A DNA stretch of 64,000 nucleotides from assembly GCA_963771465.1 (NCBI GenBank), contig CAVYTU010000004.1, positions 11,618 through 75,617 of the forward strand. The letters run 5' to 3'. Below are positions 29,415 to 39,427 of this stretch, in pieces. The stretch comes from an uncultured delta proteobacterium (lineage in GTDB: Bacteria; Desulfobacterota; Binatia; UBA9968). Both the position numbers and the translations under genes were made by a program. Under the pieces are notes generated by a model. The model ran no database searches. It saw only the letters and a list, made by a program, of their open reading frames with translations, and was not told the DNA's origin. Each line of letters starts with the position of its first letter. The first letter of the stretch is position 1.

Positions 29415-30499
29415 CTCGCCGCTCCACGCGCGTGTTCGAGCTTTTCGACGATGGCGCCGACTAACACGTCGCTATTCTCGACAGCCATGGCGACGCGCAA
29501 CGCCAGAAGTTTATCTTTTGCGAACGGAAAACGACAGAGCTTGAGAACATCCTTTTCGGTTGTTACGACCAGATCGACAAGCCGCGCCATACGGCTAATC
29601 TGTTGCCAATCCCGCGCCGTGTAGAAGTGATGATCGGGAAATTCCAAGGTGTCGACGATTTCGCCTTCCCACTCATGGATTTGCCGATAAAGACCGCGTG
29701 GATCGGCGATCCCCGTGACGGTTAAAATCTTGCTGCGACAAAGCAAAGTCAAAGGAAATTCTCGAAGGCCTTGGTTGCTAACACCGACCAAGGAGACCGG
29801 CGCGAGTGACGCCGTAAAAGACGACTCGGCATGATCGGCCGGAATAGCCGCGCGCCAGGCGCCGTTGCCACCGGTCGTCAACCAAAAATCGGCGCGCCGC
29901 AGATTGCGCTTCGGTTCGCGAAACGGCCCAGCCGGGAGCAGCCAGCCGGCGCTATCTTGGCCGAGGAGGAGCAGATCGACGTCCCGTTTAACTCGGCGAT
30001 GCTGAAAGCCGTCGTCCAGAATAAAAACGTCGACATCCTGCTCGCGCAGCAATGACGCCGCCGCCTCGACGCGGTCCCGGCTAACGCCGACGGTTTGGCC
30101 GTACAACCGCGCCATCATCAACGGTTCGTCGCCGGCGTTCTGTACCTCGCTGGTCGTGTCAAAACTTGATGTCACGGCGCCGTTTGGCCGAAGGATAACC
30201 GGCGCGTCGGCTTTGCGCTTATACCCGCGGCTCAAAATCCCGACTTTGAAACCGCGCCGAGTCAGCTCTTGCGACAGCCACAAACAGGTCGGGGTTTTTC
30301 CCGTGCCACCCACCGTAAGATTGCCGACGCTGATCACCGGCCGGGACAACCGGACCGCTCTTAGCCAACCGCGGGCGAATAGGAAATTACGCAATTGGAT
30401 AGCGACACGATAGATCGCCGCCGCCGGCAGCAACCCTATCCGCAATAATTTGCCGCCAACATCGCTGCTGTCCCAGACCTCGCGAATCGATAATTCCAT
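29411..30499 (-). CDS. lpxK: Tetraacyldisaccharide 4'-kinase
   Basis: ISVGNLTVGGTGKTP, SRGY, GDEP, LDDGFQH, LLPAGPFRE, FPDHH, TTEKD. Start ATG 30499. Confidence 0.95.
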   Translation of the reverse strand: MELSIREVWDSSDVGGKLLRIGLLPAAAIYRVAIQLRNFLFARGWLRAVRLSRPVISVGNLTVGGTGKTPTCLWLSQELTRRGFKVGILSRGYKRKADAPVILRPNGAVTSSFDTTSEVQNAGDEPLMMARLYGQTVGVSRDRVEAAASLLREQDVDVFILDDGFQHRRVKRDVDLLLLGQDSAGWLLPAGPFREPKRNLRRADFWLTTGGNGAWRAAIPADHAESSFTASLAPVSLVGVSNQGLREFPLTLLCRSKILTVTGIADPRGLYRQIHEWEGEIVDTLEFPDHHFYTARDWQQISRMARLVDLVVTTEKDVLKLCRFPFAKDKLLALRVAMAVENSDVLVGAIVEKLEHARGAAR

Positions 30500-30559
30500 C
30501 GCCGTTAATCCTGGACTCGGCAGTTGAAGTAATTGCCCGGGGCGCAACTCATCCGGTAG

Positions 30560-31828
30560 TTAAAGATAGCGCTCCGCCAATTGCCAGTTGAGCGTGAGCG
30601 CATGCTGACTGGCACCGGCGAGCTCGGCCGCGGCCCGCCCCATCGACAGGCGTTCCGCAGTGTCGGCCAATAGACCCGTCATTGTTGTTGCCAATTCCTC
30701 GGCGCCACTCACCTCGACCGCCGCGCCGCATTGTTTCAACGCAGCGGCGACTGCGGCGAAGTTGTTCATGTGCGGGCCGAAAAGTATCGCCTTACCAAAG
30801 CGCGCCGGCTCCAGAACATTGTGGCCGCCCACCGGCACCAGACTGCCGCCGACAAAAGCGATATCCGCCAGAGCGTAAAAATCCACCAGCTCGCCGACGG
30901 TATCAAGCAATAAGATATCCTTGCTGAACCAGTCCGCTCGGTCGGTAGTGCTTTTCACTTGCAGGGTAAAACCGCTGCTGCGCAGGAGCCGCGCAACCTC
31001 GGCGAAACGTTCCGGGTGGCGCGGTGCGACGATCATTGACAAGCTGGGAAACTGCCGCCGCGCCAAGCGCAAGGCATCGAGCAAAATCGTTTCTTCGCCG
31101 TCGTGAGAGCTACCGGCAACGAGCCACAGTTTTTCGCCCGGCGCCGCGCCGGCGACAGCGTCACGGTTACCGTTTCGGCTCGGCGTCGCAAACTTCAAAC
31201 TGCCCACCACCGAAACCTTTCGCGAATCGGCGCCGAGGGCGACGATGCGCTTGGCGTCCTCGGCGGTCTGCATGCCAATCGCGCTAAAGCAACCGAGCAC
31301 GCGGCGAAAAAAACCTCGGTAACGGGCATAGCGTTTTTGTGACTTGGCCGATAACCGGCCGCTGAGCAACAACACCGGCGTACCGCGGCGATAACTTTGG
31401 CGCAGCAAATTGGGCCAGATTTCCGTTTCAATGATCACCAGCAGCGCCGGATTGACCCGCCGGAGTGCACGGCGCACGATCCAGAAAAAATCACAAGGTA
31501 AAAAAATCACCGAATCGACCCCGGGGATTTGCTTGGCGATGCGATTTCCCGTGGCGGTAAACGTCGACAGGATAATTTTTTTTTCCGGTGCACGCGCCTT
31601 GAATGCGCTGATCAGCGGTTCAGCCGAACGCACTTCCCCCACCGAGGCGGCATGAATCCACACCGGTCGGTCGCTGGGCGATAAAGTTCCAATTTCGTGG
31701 GGATAAAAACCCAATCGCTGCCAGAGTCCATCCCGGTAACGCGAGCCCAGACAGGCGAGCAATGGTAAGACCGGCAGGCAGAGAACAAAGACTGCGCTGA
31801 CAAAAACGTTGTACAATCCGTACCACAC
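30560..31828 (-). CDS. waaA: Kdo transferase
   Basis: WIHAASVGE, ETEIWPN, APRHPERF, FVGGSL..GGHNVLEPA. Start position approximate. Confidence 0.95.
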   Translation of the reverse strand: MWYGLYNVFVSAVFVLCLPVLPLLACLGSRYRDGLWQRLGFYPHEIGTLSPSDRPVWIHAASVGEVRSAEPLISAFKARAPEKKIILSTFTATGNRIAKQIPGVDSVIFLPCDFFWIVRRALRRVNPALLVIIETEIWPNLLRQSYRRGTPVLLLSGRLSAKSQKRYARYRGFFRRVLGCFSAIGMQTAEDAKRIVALGADSRKVSVVGSLKFATPSRNGNRDAVAGAAPGEKLWLVAGSSHDGEETILLDALRLARRQFPSLSMIVAPRHPERFAEVARLLRSSGFTLQVKSTTDRADWFSKDILLLDTVGELVDFYALADIAFVGGSLVPVGGHNVLEPARFGKAILFGPHMNNFAAVAAALKQCGAAVEVSGAEELATTMTGLLADTAERLSMGRAAAELAGASQHALTLNWQLAERYL

Positions 31829-31841
31829 GAAGGAATTCAAG

Positions 31842-33596
31842 CTAGTGGACAATTTCCGCCGGGACGGTCTCACGATCTTCCAACAACTGCATCGAGTACA
31901 GCCGGCTATATTCGCTCTTGCGCGCCAAGAGATCGTCGTGATTGCCTTCTTCCACGATCGTGCCGTCGACCATGACCAGAATTCGATCCGCTTTGCGGAT
32001 CGTCGACAGCCGGTGGGCGATGACAATTGTCGTTCTTTGGTTGATCAGGTTTTCCAATGCCTGCTGCACCAGCCGTTCCGACTCCACGTCCAACGCCGAC
32101 GTTGCTTCGTCAAGTATCAGGATCGGCGCGTTCTTGAGCAAAGCCCTAGCGATGGCCAAACGTTGGCGCTGGCCGCCGGAGAGTTGCATGCCCATCTCGC
32201 CGATCACGGAATCGTAGCCATTGGGCAGCGCTTGAATAAACTCATGGGCGTGAGCCGCTTGGGCAGCGGAGATGATCGAGTTCATATCGCGGCTGGGATC
32301 GCCGTAAGCAATGTTGTTGCGCACCGTATCGTTAAACAAAAAGGTGTGCTGCGTGACAATGCCGATCTGCGCGCGCAGAGAACCCACGGTGATGTCGCGA
32401 ATATCGACGCCGTCGAGCAAAATCGCGCCTTCGTTGACGTCGTAAAAACGCGGGATCAAATCGGCCAGCGTGCTCTTGCCCACGCCGCTCATGCCGACGA
32501 TCGCGATCATCTGGCCGGCTTCCACGGTCAGATGGATGCCTTTTAAGACCGGCGTCTCAGCGTAGGCAAAGCTCACGTCGCGAAATTCGATGCTTTTCGA
32601 AAAACGCGGCGCGATACGGGCATTGCGCCGGTCTTGAATCTCCGGTGAGTCATCGAGAATCTCGAAGACCCGCTCGGCGCCGGCCAATCCTTGATGGATC
32701 GACGAGTAGGTTCGAGTCAACCCTTTGAACGGCGCGTACATGAGAAACATGGCGGCCATGAAGGCCATGAATTCGCCTTGCGTGCGCCCCCCATTGATGA
32801 CGCTCCACCCGCCATACCAAACCACGCCGCCGATGCCGAATGACGCCAGTAGCTCCATCGCCGGCGCGACGATCGCTTTGGTCCGGGTGGCGCGTAGCGA
32901 TTGCTTAAACAGCTGCCAATTCTCCGTCATGAAACGGTCGTCTTCATAGCGTTCCATGCCGAACGCCTTGACAATGCGATTTCCCTGGATACTTTCCTGC
33001 AACAGCGAGGTGAGCATGCCGGTACTGACCTGGCCGCGCCGGGTGAATTTTTTGATTTTCCGACTGAGCCGCATCACCGGCAGCACTGACGCCGGAAAGA
33101 CGAAAAAAGCGATACAAGCCAACACCCAGTCCTTCATGAAGGCGACAACGATGAGCACCGCGAGCGATGTCACGTCTTTCATCACCGATGCCAGAGCGTC
33201 GGTGATCGAGTAACGCATCAGCGAGACATCGCTATGAACCCTGGTAATCAGCGTGCCGGTGGGATTGCGATGAAAAAACGACACGGAAAGCGATAGCAAG
33301 TGGCGGTTGAGGCTGTTTCTAACGTCGTTGATAATTCTCAGACCGACGTAATCATTGAGATAACTCGAGCCAAAATTCATAAAGCCGCGAAACGCGAAGA
33401 TGCCGACCACGATAAACGGAATATAAAAAAGCGTGCTTTGATTCTTAGCCGCGAAAACGTCATCCATGATGCGCTGGATAAGAAAAGGCAGCACCCCGTC
33501 GGTGGCGCCAAAGCCGATCATGCAGAGCAGGCCCAAGGCAAAATAGGGCCAAATATAGGGTTTCAAATATTTTAATAGCCGGAGATAAGTCTTCAC
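31842..33596 (-). CDS. msbA: Lipid A export ABC transporter
   Basis: Fused transmembrane and ATPase domains, [27 protein letters not shown]. Lies between lpxB and waaA-lpxK. Confidence 0.9.
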   Translation of the reverse strand: MKTYLRLLKYLKPYIWPYFALGLLCMIGFGATDGVLPFLIQRIMDDVFAAKNQSTLFYIPFIVVGIFAFRGFMNFGSSYLNDYVGLRIINDVRNSLNRHLLSLSVSFFHRNPTGTLITRVHSDVSLMRYSITDALASVMKDVTSLAVLIVVAFMKDWVLACIAFFVFPASVLPVMRLSRKIKKFTRRGQVSTGMLTSLLQESIQGNRIVKAFGMERYEDDRFMTENWQLFKQSLRATRTKAIVAPAMELLASFGIGGVVWYGGWSVINGGRTQGEFMAFMAAMFLMYAPFKGLTRTYSSIHQGLAGAERVFEILDDSPEIQDRRNARIAPRFSKSIEFRDVSFAYAETPVLKGIHLTVEAGQMIAIVGMSGVGKSTLADLIPRFYDVNEGAILLDGVDIRDITVGSLRAQIGIVTQHTFLFNDTVRNNIAYGDPSRDMNSIISAAQAAHAHEFIQALPNGYDSVIGEMGMQLSGGQRQRLAIARALLKNAPILILDEATSALDVESERLVQQALENLINQRTTIVIAHRLSTIRKADRILVMVDGTIVEEGNHDDLLARKSEYSRLYSMQLLEDRETVPAEIVH

Positions 33597-33618
33597 CTGG
33601 ATTCACTCACGATCTAAT

Positions 33619-34758
33619 TCATCGCATCATGGTCATGGCTAGATCAGCAACCCGTCCCGCTGCGCCGGGGACGCCGAGCCGCTCGCGCAGCTTGGTTAGT
33701 TTTTCAGCGACGCCGCGGCGCAGTTTATCATCATCGAGCAAACGCCGGCTTTCGCGCACCAGTCGATCGACCGTCACATCGTTTTGGAACAGTTCCGGCA
33801 CCACTCTTTCCTGGGCAACCAGATTCACCATGCCGAAGTGTTCGACCCGCACCAGAAGCATCGCCAACGCCCAGGTGAGCCAGGCCACGCGATAAACGAT
33901 AATCATCGGTTTACCGAGTAGGCCGATTTCCAACGTCGCCGTGCCCGACGCCGTCCAGACCAGATCGGCCGCATTGATTGCGTTGTAATGATTATCGTCC
34001 ACCACTAGGATGGCGCCGTTGGCCGGTCCCAAACGCGCCTCCAGATCGCTCATCTCGATGGTGCTCGCGCGCAGGCAAAAAAATTGAATATTCATTTGCC
34101 GCTGCAACTGTAACGCTGCGTCGCGCATCACACCGAGATGGCGGCTCACCTCGCCAATCCGGCTACCCGGTAAGAGCGCAATGGTCAATTTTTTTGGGTC
34201 CAATCCGAGCCTCGTCAAGACGCTTTCACGGCTTTCAGTCACTTTCACGCTGTCGAGCAAAGGGTGGCTGACAAAGGTGGTATTTACTCGATGGCGCCGG
34301 TAAAAAGCCTCTTCAAAGGGAAACACCACCGCCATATGATCGACTAAGCGGGCGATTATTTTTACCCGTCCTTTACGCCAGGCCCATATCTGCGGGCTGA
34401 TGTAGTAAAGAACCGGAATGCCCAATGTTTTAGCGACCCGCGCCAAACGCAAATTAAAATCGGGAAAGTCGATCAACACCAACAAATTCGGCCGCCGGCT
34501 GATCAATGCCTGCTTGAGCAGATGGTAGGCGCGCCACAACGTTTTCAATTTGCCGGCCAGTTCGGTGAAACCCATGCCGGTCAATTGGGCGACATTGAAC
34601 AACGGTTCAAAATCGCGGCGCTGAAGTTCCGCACCGGCCACGCCAAACACTTTCAAGGTCGCATCCCGTTGATGCAACGCGTCGACGAATTGCGCGCCAT
34701 GAGCGTCACCCGACGCTTCGCCGACCACGAGCATAATCTGTTTGGGCGAATCTGCCAC
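33619..34758 (-). CDS. lpxB: Lipid-A-disaccharide synthase
   Basis: GEASGD, IDFPDFN, SPQIWAWR, LLPGSR, ASGTATLE. Confidence 0.96.
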   Translation of the reverse strand: MADSPKQIMLVVGEASGDAHGAQFVDALHQRDATLKVFGVAGAELQRRDFEPLFNVAQLTGMGFTELAGKLKTLWRAYHLLKQALISRRPNLLVLIDFPDFNLRLARVAKTLGIPVLYYISPQIWAWRKGRVKIIARLVDHMAVVFPFEEAFYRRHRVNTTFVSHPLLDSVKVTESRESVLTRLGLDPKKLTIALLPGSRIGEVSRHLGVMRDAALQLQRQMNIQFFCLRASTIEMSDLEARLGPANGAILVVDDNHYNAINAADLVWTASGTATLEIGLLGKPMIIVYRVAWLTWALAMLLVRVEHFGMVNLVAQERVVPELFQNDVTVDRLVRESRRLLDDDKLRRGVAEKLTKLRERLGVPGAAGRVADLAMTMMR

Positions 34759-34780
34759 GGTGGGGAAATCACGGCGAGAC

Positions 34781-35710
34781 TCAAAGCTGTTTACTGATCA
34801 ATGAGGCGATCTCCAGCGCGAGCAACGCTTCGGCGCCGCCGACCAAGGGCATCGTCCGAGCCGCCACGCAATCGAGAAAGGAATCGATCTCATCGGCCAA
34901 AGCATCACCGTCCGTGATTTCGATATTCTCGGCGCGAATGTCGAGCCATCCGGCGCCGGGCGCCGGTTTGTGATAAATCTGTGCCCGGCGTTGATCGTAG
35001 TCGATCGAAATATAAGCATCGGACTGAAAAAAACGCACCTTGCGCTCCCGCTTGAGCGATACCCGACTTGAGGTCACGTTGGCGATGCAGCCGTTGGCAA
35101 AGGTGATACGCGCGTTGGCAATATCCGGCTTATCCGTAAGCACCGGCACACCGACGGCTTCGACGCGCACTACCGGCGAGCGTACCAAACTCGCGATCAC
35201 GTCGATATCATGAATCATCAGATCGAGAACGACGTCCACATCGGTGCCACGCTCGATAAACGGCGCCAAGCGATGGCACTCAACGAACTTTGGACTTTTG
35301 ACGACTCCTTCGAGACGGCGGATCGCCGGGTTGAAGCGTTCGAGATGACCGACTTGCAGGATGACGTTTTTCTGCTGCGCCGCCGCGACCAATTCGCGCG
35401 CCTCGTCAATTTCCGCGGTCAACGGTTTCTCCACCAAAATATCGATGCCGGCGTCGATAAAGTCGCGCGCCACCTGATAGTGAAAGCGCGTCGGCACGGC
35501 AATGCTGACGCATTTGACCCGGCCAAATAGCCCACGATAGTCGGTCGCCGCGCCGACGCCAACCGCGGCGCCAATTTCTTTTGCCCGAGCTTCGTCCGTG
35601 TCGACCACCGCAACCAGGTTTGCTTTTGCCGATGCGGCATATTTCTCGGCGTGGAACTTGCCGAGGTAGCCGACGCCGACAACGCCGACGTTGATTGCGC
35701 TATCGCTCAT
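34781..35710 (-). CDS. Gfo/Idh/MocA oxidoreductase, GnnA-like (UDP-GlcNAc 3-dehydrogenase)
   Basis: GVGYLGKFH, LVEKP, VGHLERFNP, DVVLDLMIHDID. Position between lpxA/lpxI and lpxB supports the GnnA-like call. Confidence 0.75.
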   Translation of the reverse strand: MSDSAINVGVVGVGYLGKFHAEKYAASAKANLVAVVDTDEARAKEIGAAVGVGAATDYRGLFGRVKCVSIAVPTRFHYQVARDFIDAGIDILVEKPLTAEIDEARELVAAAQQKNVILQVGHLERFNPAIRRLEGVVKSPKFVECHRLAPFIERGTDVDVVLDLMIHDIDVIASLVRSPVVRVEAVGVPVLTDKPDIANARITFANGCIANVTSSRVSLKRERKVRFFQSDAYISIDYDQRRAQIYHKPAPGAGWLDIRAENIEITDGDALADEIDSFLDCVAARTMPLVGGAEALLALEIASLISKQL

Positions 35711-35716
35711 GGCTGA

Positions 35717-36529
35717 TTATGAATCTGCGCTCACGCCGACGACGGCGATGCCGTAATCGTCGGCTTGGCGGAGTAAAGCTTCTTTCTCCAATAATATAGT
35801 CTTGCCGGCTTCCAGCGCCAACACGGTCGCGCCGCAGTCGTGCAGCCGTACGATTGTCTCCACACCGACGGCGGGCACGTCGAAACGAAGATCCTGCTCG
35901 GGCTTACTGACCTTGACGACGACGCATCCCGACTTGGCGAGCGCTCCGGCGCGCTCGATGGCGGCGTCGGTTCCCTCCACGGCTTCGACGGCAATGACCA
36001 TTTGATTCTTGACGACAACGGTCTGGCCGATACCCAGACGGCCGATCTCTTTGGCGCTCCTAAAGCCGAGCCGAATATCGTCCCACTCGCGGGTCGACGG
36101 CACACGCTTGGTCAACACCCCGCCCGCGCAGATGATTTGCGGCACGCACAGTGTCGAATCGAGAATTTTAATGCCGTCCAAAGCTAACTCATCGGCGATC
36201 CCGCGTAACAAGGCGTCGTCCTCGCGGCTTTTGAGCTTGGCTAAAAAGCGCACGCCACGAAGATCCGGACGAAAATTGCCAAATAGTTTTATCTTGCGAA
36301 TGCCCCCCGCCATCACCGCCTCGCTGACCGCGTTGCGTTGAAACAACCGAATCATTTTTCCGAGCTGCCCGACATAAATCCAATCGACCCGATCGGCGAT
36401 GTTTTCAATCTCATCAGGAGTTTCTGATCGATGCGCCACCGCGATCACCGAATAACCGGCGCGCTTCGCCTCGGCGGCAAAAATCAGCGGAAACTTGCCA
36501 TTGCCCGCGATCAACCCTAATTTTTTCAC
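35717..36529 (-). CDS. lpxI: UDP-2,3-diacylglucosamine diphosphatase LpxI
   Basis: LGLIAGNGKFP, IGQTVVV, AVEAVEGTD, KPEQDLRFDVPAVG. Confidence 0.92.
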   Translation of the reverse strand: MKKLGLIAGNGKFPLIFAAEAKRAGYSVIAVAHRSETPDEIENIADRVDWIYVGQLGKMIRLFQRNAVSEAVMAGGIRKIKLFGNFRPDLRGVRFLAKLKSREDDALLRGIADELALDGIKILDSTLCVPQIICAGGVLTKRVPSTREWDDIRLGFRSAKEIGRLGIGQTVVVKNQMVIAVEAVEGTDAAIERAGALAKSGCVVVKVSKPEQDLRFDVPAVGVETIVRLHDCGATVLALEAGKTILLEKEALLRQADDYGIAVVGVSADS

Positions 36530-36575
36530 GACGGTTCAGAGCTAAAAACAAGCTGACGGCTAGAGGATGCCAAAG

Positions 36576-37352
36576 TTAGCGGCAAACTCCACGCTGGGAC
36601 GCCGCAATGAACGAAACGAATTTCTCGACCTCGGCAATGGCCGGCAATTCTTGGCGAACCTTTTTAAGTGCGTCATCGGTCTTGAGCTTGGATTGAAAGC
36701 AAATCCGATAGGCTTTACGAATCGAGTCAATGATCGTTTTATCGAAGCCGCGCCGTTTGAGCCCTTCAACATTGAGCCCGTGCAGTCTGGCGCGGTCGCC
36801 GGTAGCATTGCAGTAAGGTGGCACGTCCTTGGAGACCATCGAGCCGGCGCCCAAGATCGCGCCGGTGCCGATACGGACGAACTGATGAACCCCGACCAGA
36901 CCGCCAACGATGACGAAATCTTCAACGATCACATGGCCGCCCAACGTCGCGCCGTTGGCGATGACGTTGCGGTTGCCGACGATGCAGTCGTGCGCGATGT
37001 GGCAATACATCATGAGTAAATTCTGATCGCCGACCCGGGTCACCATGCCGCCGCCGCTGGTGCCAGGATTGAGTGAGACATATTCTCGTATGGTATTGCG
37101 ATTGCCGATGATCAGTTCGCTCGGCTCGCCTTTGTATTTTAAATCTTGCGGTGCAGAACCCACCGTGGCGAATGGGTAAACGATATTCGCCTCGCCTAAA
37201 ATCGTCCGTCCTTGGATGACAACGTGGCTATGAATCTTGCTGCCTTTGCCGATTCTGACGCCAGCGCCGATGATTGAATACGCGCCAACCTCAACTCCGG
37301 TCTCAAGGGCGGCCTGGGTATCGATGATCGCGGTAGGATGGATGTGTTTCAT
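36576..37352 (-). CDS. lpxA: Acyl-ACP--UDP-N-acetylglucosamine acyltransferase
   Basis: IHPTAII, hexapeptide repeats, PQDLKY, HIAHDC, VHQF, DVPPY. Confidence 0.96.
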   Translation of the reverse strand: MKHIHPTAIIDTQAALETGVEVGAYSIIGAGVRIGKGSKIHSHVVIQGRTILGEANIVYPFATVGSAPQDLKYKGEPSELIIGNRNTIREYVSLNPGTSGGGMVTRVGDQNLLMMYCHIAHDCIVGNRNVIANGATLGGHVIVEDFVIVGGLVGVHQFVRIGTGAILGAGSMVSKDVPPYCNATGDRARLHGLNVEGLKRRGFDKTIIDSIRKAYRICFQSKLKTDDALKKVRQELPAIAEVEKFVSFIAASQRGVCR

Positions 37353-37365
37353 GGCCCGTCAAAGA

Positions 37366-37803
37366 TTAAGACATCTCGATTTCCATGGCTGAGATCTCTG
37401 CCTGAGCTGCGAGCTTACCATCAACCAAGGCCATGCCGTGCAACTTCCAGAACGGGCCGCGCCGTTTGACGCAGGTAATTTCGATGCGCAACTGGTCGCC
37501 CGGCTCCACCGGTTTTTTGAATTTGACTTTATCGAGGCCGGTCAACACGAAGACTTTGTTTTCCTCCATACCACCGCGCGCATTATGGGCGAAGATCGCG
37601 CCGACCTGAGCCATCGCTTCGCAAATCAGCACCCCTGGCATCACCGGCTTATTGGGGAAATGGCCCTCAAAGAAATTTTCGTTGAACGAAACATTCTTGA
37701 TGCCGACAATTTTTTTATCGCCGTCGATCTCCAAGATTCGGTCGACCAACAAGAACGGATAACGGTGCGGCAAAAACTTTAAGATTTCCCGTGCGTCCAT
37801 CAT
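37366..37803 (-). CDS. fabZ: 3-hydroxyacyl-ACP dehydratase
   Basis: [33 protein letters not shown]. Confidence 0.96.
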   Translation of the reverse strand: MMDAREILKFLPHRYPFLLVDRILEIDGDKKIVGIKNVSFNENFFEGHFPNKPVMPGVLICEAMAQVGAIFAHNARGGMEENKVFVLTGLDKVKFKKPVEPGDQLRIEITCVKRRGPFWKLHGMALVDGKLAAQAEISAMEIEMS

Positions 37804-37808
37804 CGCCG

Positions 37809-38879
37809 TCAGTCTCCACTTCGGTCCTTCTTGCTCGATGTAATCAGCCGCGCCAGCTGTTTTTCTAAATTGTGCACTGTACTCCACAACTTGGGCAGCT
37901 GGGGCAGCAGCACCATCACTTTGAGCCACTCACGATGCGGGGCCGCGGTGAGGCCGCTCGATAAGAGCGCGCCTGCGGGCACCGATTGGCCAACGCCGGA
38001 CTGCGGTCCGATCGTCGCCCCGTCGCCGATCTCAATATGATTCACCACGCCCACCTGGCCCGCCAGCGTGACGTTTCTGCCAAGCCGCGTGCTGCCGGCG
38101 ATGCCCGCCTGAGCTGCGACCACCGAGTGCTCGCCGATCGTCACATTGTGGGCGATCTGCACCAAGTTATCGATCTTGGCGCCGCGGCCGATCACGGTTT
38201 GGCCGAGGGTGGCGCGGTCCACCGTGGTGTTCGCGCCGATCTCGACATCGTCTTCGACGACAACGATGCCCACCTGGGGAATTTTTACTTTACCGGCACC
38301 CGCTCCGGCATAGCCGAAACCATCGCTGCCGATCACAACACCGGCGTGTAGAATCACCCGTTCGCCCACACGGCAGCCGTCGCGAACGACGACGTTGGGG
38401 TGAAGCATCGAAGCGGCGCCGATCTCTACATCAGCGCCGATATATACGCCGGGGAAAAGCACGGCGTCCGGGCCAATATGCGCTCGCGCGCCGATATAAA
38501 CATTGGGGAAGACCGTCACGCCCGGCGCGATAACCGCGCTGCTATCAATATGAGTCGCGACGCAAATAGTGCGACTGTAGGTTGGCGCGGGTGATAGCAG
38601 CTGGAGAATTTTTGCGAAGGCGATGTAGGGATCCGCGGTCTCAAGATAGTTGAGCGCGGCGCTTGAGTCGCTTTGGCTCACTACACCGGGGGCGACAATG
38701 ATCGCGCTAGCGCGACACTGGGGCAGCAAGCGTTGATAGCGCGGGTTGGTAAGGAAACTGATTTCGCCGGGACCTGCCCGATCGATCGCGCTGACCTTAT
38801 GAATGACGACACTTCCGTCGCCGATAACTTTGCCACCGACATGACTGGCGAGATCGCTCAGCGTCCGAGGAATCACCAC
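37809..38879 (-). CDS. lpxD: UDP-3-O-acylglucosamine N-acyltransferase
   Basis: [34 protein letters not shown]. Confidence 0.96.
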   Translation of the reverse strand: MVIPRTLSDLASHVGGKVIGDGSVVIHKVSAIDRAGPGEISFLTNPRYQRLLPQCRASAIIVAPGVVSQSDSSAALNYLETADPYIAFAKILQLLSPAPTYSRTICVATHIDSSAVIAPGVTVFPNVYIGARAHIGPDAVLFPGVYIGADVEIGAASMLHPNVVVRDGCRVGERVILHAGVVIGSDGFGYAGAGAGKVKIPQVGIVVVEDDVEIGANTTVDRATLGQTVIGRGAKIDNLVQIAHNVTIGEHSVVAAQAGIAGSTRLGRNVTLAGQVGVVNHIEIGDGATIGPQSGVGQSVPAGALLSSGLTAAPHREWLKVMVLLPQLPKLWSTVHNLEKQLARLITSSKKDRSGD

Positions 38880-39386
38880 TTATTTTTTTGCCCGGCTATT
38901 ATAGGTTTCGATCACCCTGCTGGTGATATCCGTGCCTGGGTCGCTAAAAAGAATTTGCGATTTTTCAAATATGAGCGTGAACTTTTCAGCTTTGCCAACT
39001 TCGCTAACGATCTGTTCGAGGTCCTTAAGAATGTCGCCCATCATCTCGCGTTCCTTTTGCTGCAAGTCGGTCTGATAATCGCCCATGGTTCTTTGTAAAC
39101 TGACTGAACGTTTCTGTAGATCCGATTCCATGTTGCGCCGCTCTTCGTCTTTCAACAGCGGGCCCTTTTTTTCGATATCGGCCTTGAGGCGATCGAGATC
39201 AAGCCGTTCTTTTTGGATATCCGCCTCGGCCTTTTTTATCTGCGCCTGGAATCTTTCCTTAGCCCGTTTGCCGGCCGCCGAATCGGCAATGACCCTCTGG
39301 ATATCGACAAATCCAACCTTGAGCGTCTGAGCTGACGCGACCGAAGGGAGCAAGGCTAGCGCCATTGCAAGCAGCCAATATTTCAC
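38880..39386 (-). CDS. skp: OmpH/Skp periplasmic chaperone
   Basis: Signal peptide, KVGFVDIQRV, coiled coil, DITSRVI. Lies between bamA and lpxD. Start GTG 39386 follows GGAGG. Confidence 0.9.
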   Translation of the reverse strand: MKYWLLAMALALLPSVASAQTLKVGFVDIQRVIADSAAGKRAKERFQAQIKKAEADIQKERLDLDRLKADIEKKGPLLKDEERRNMESDLQKRSVSLQRTMGDYQTDLQQKEREMMGDILKDLEQIVSEVGKAEKFTLIFEKSQILFSDPGTDITSRVIETYNSRAKK

Positions 39387-39427
39387 TAAGACCTCCAACT
39401 GGTTGATGATTGATGAAAGATGAAGCT

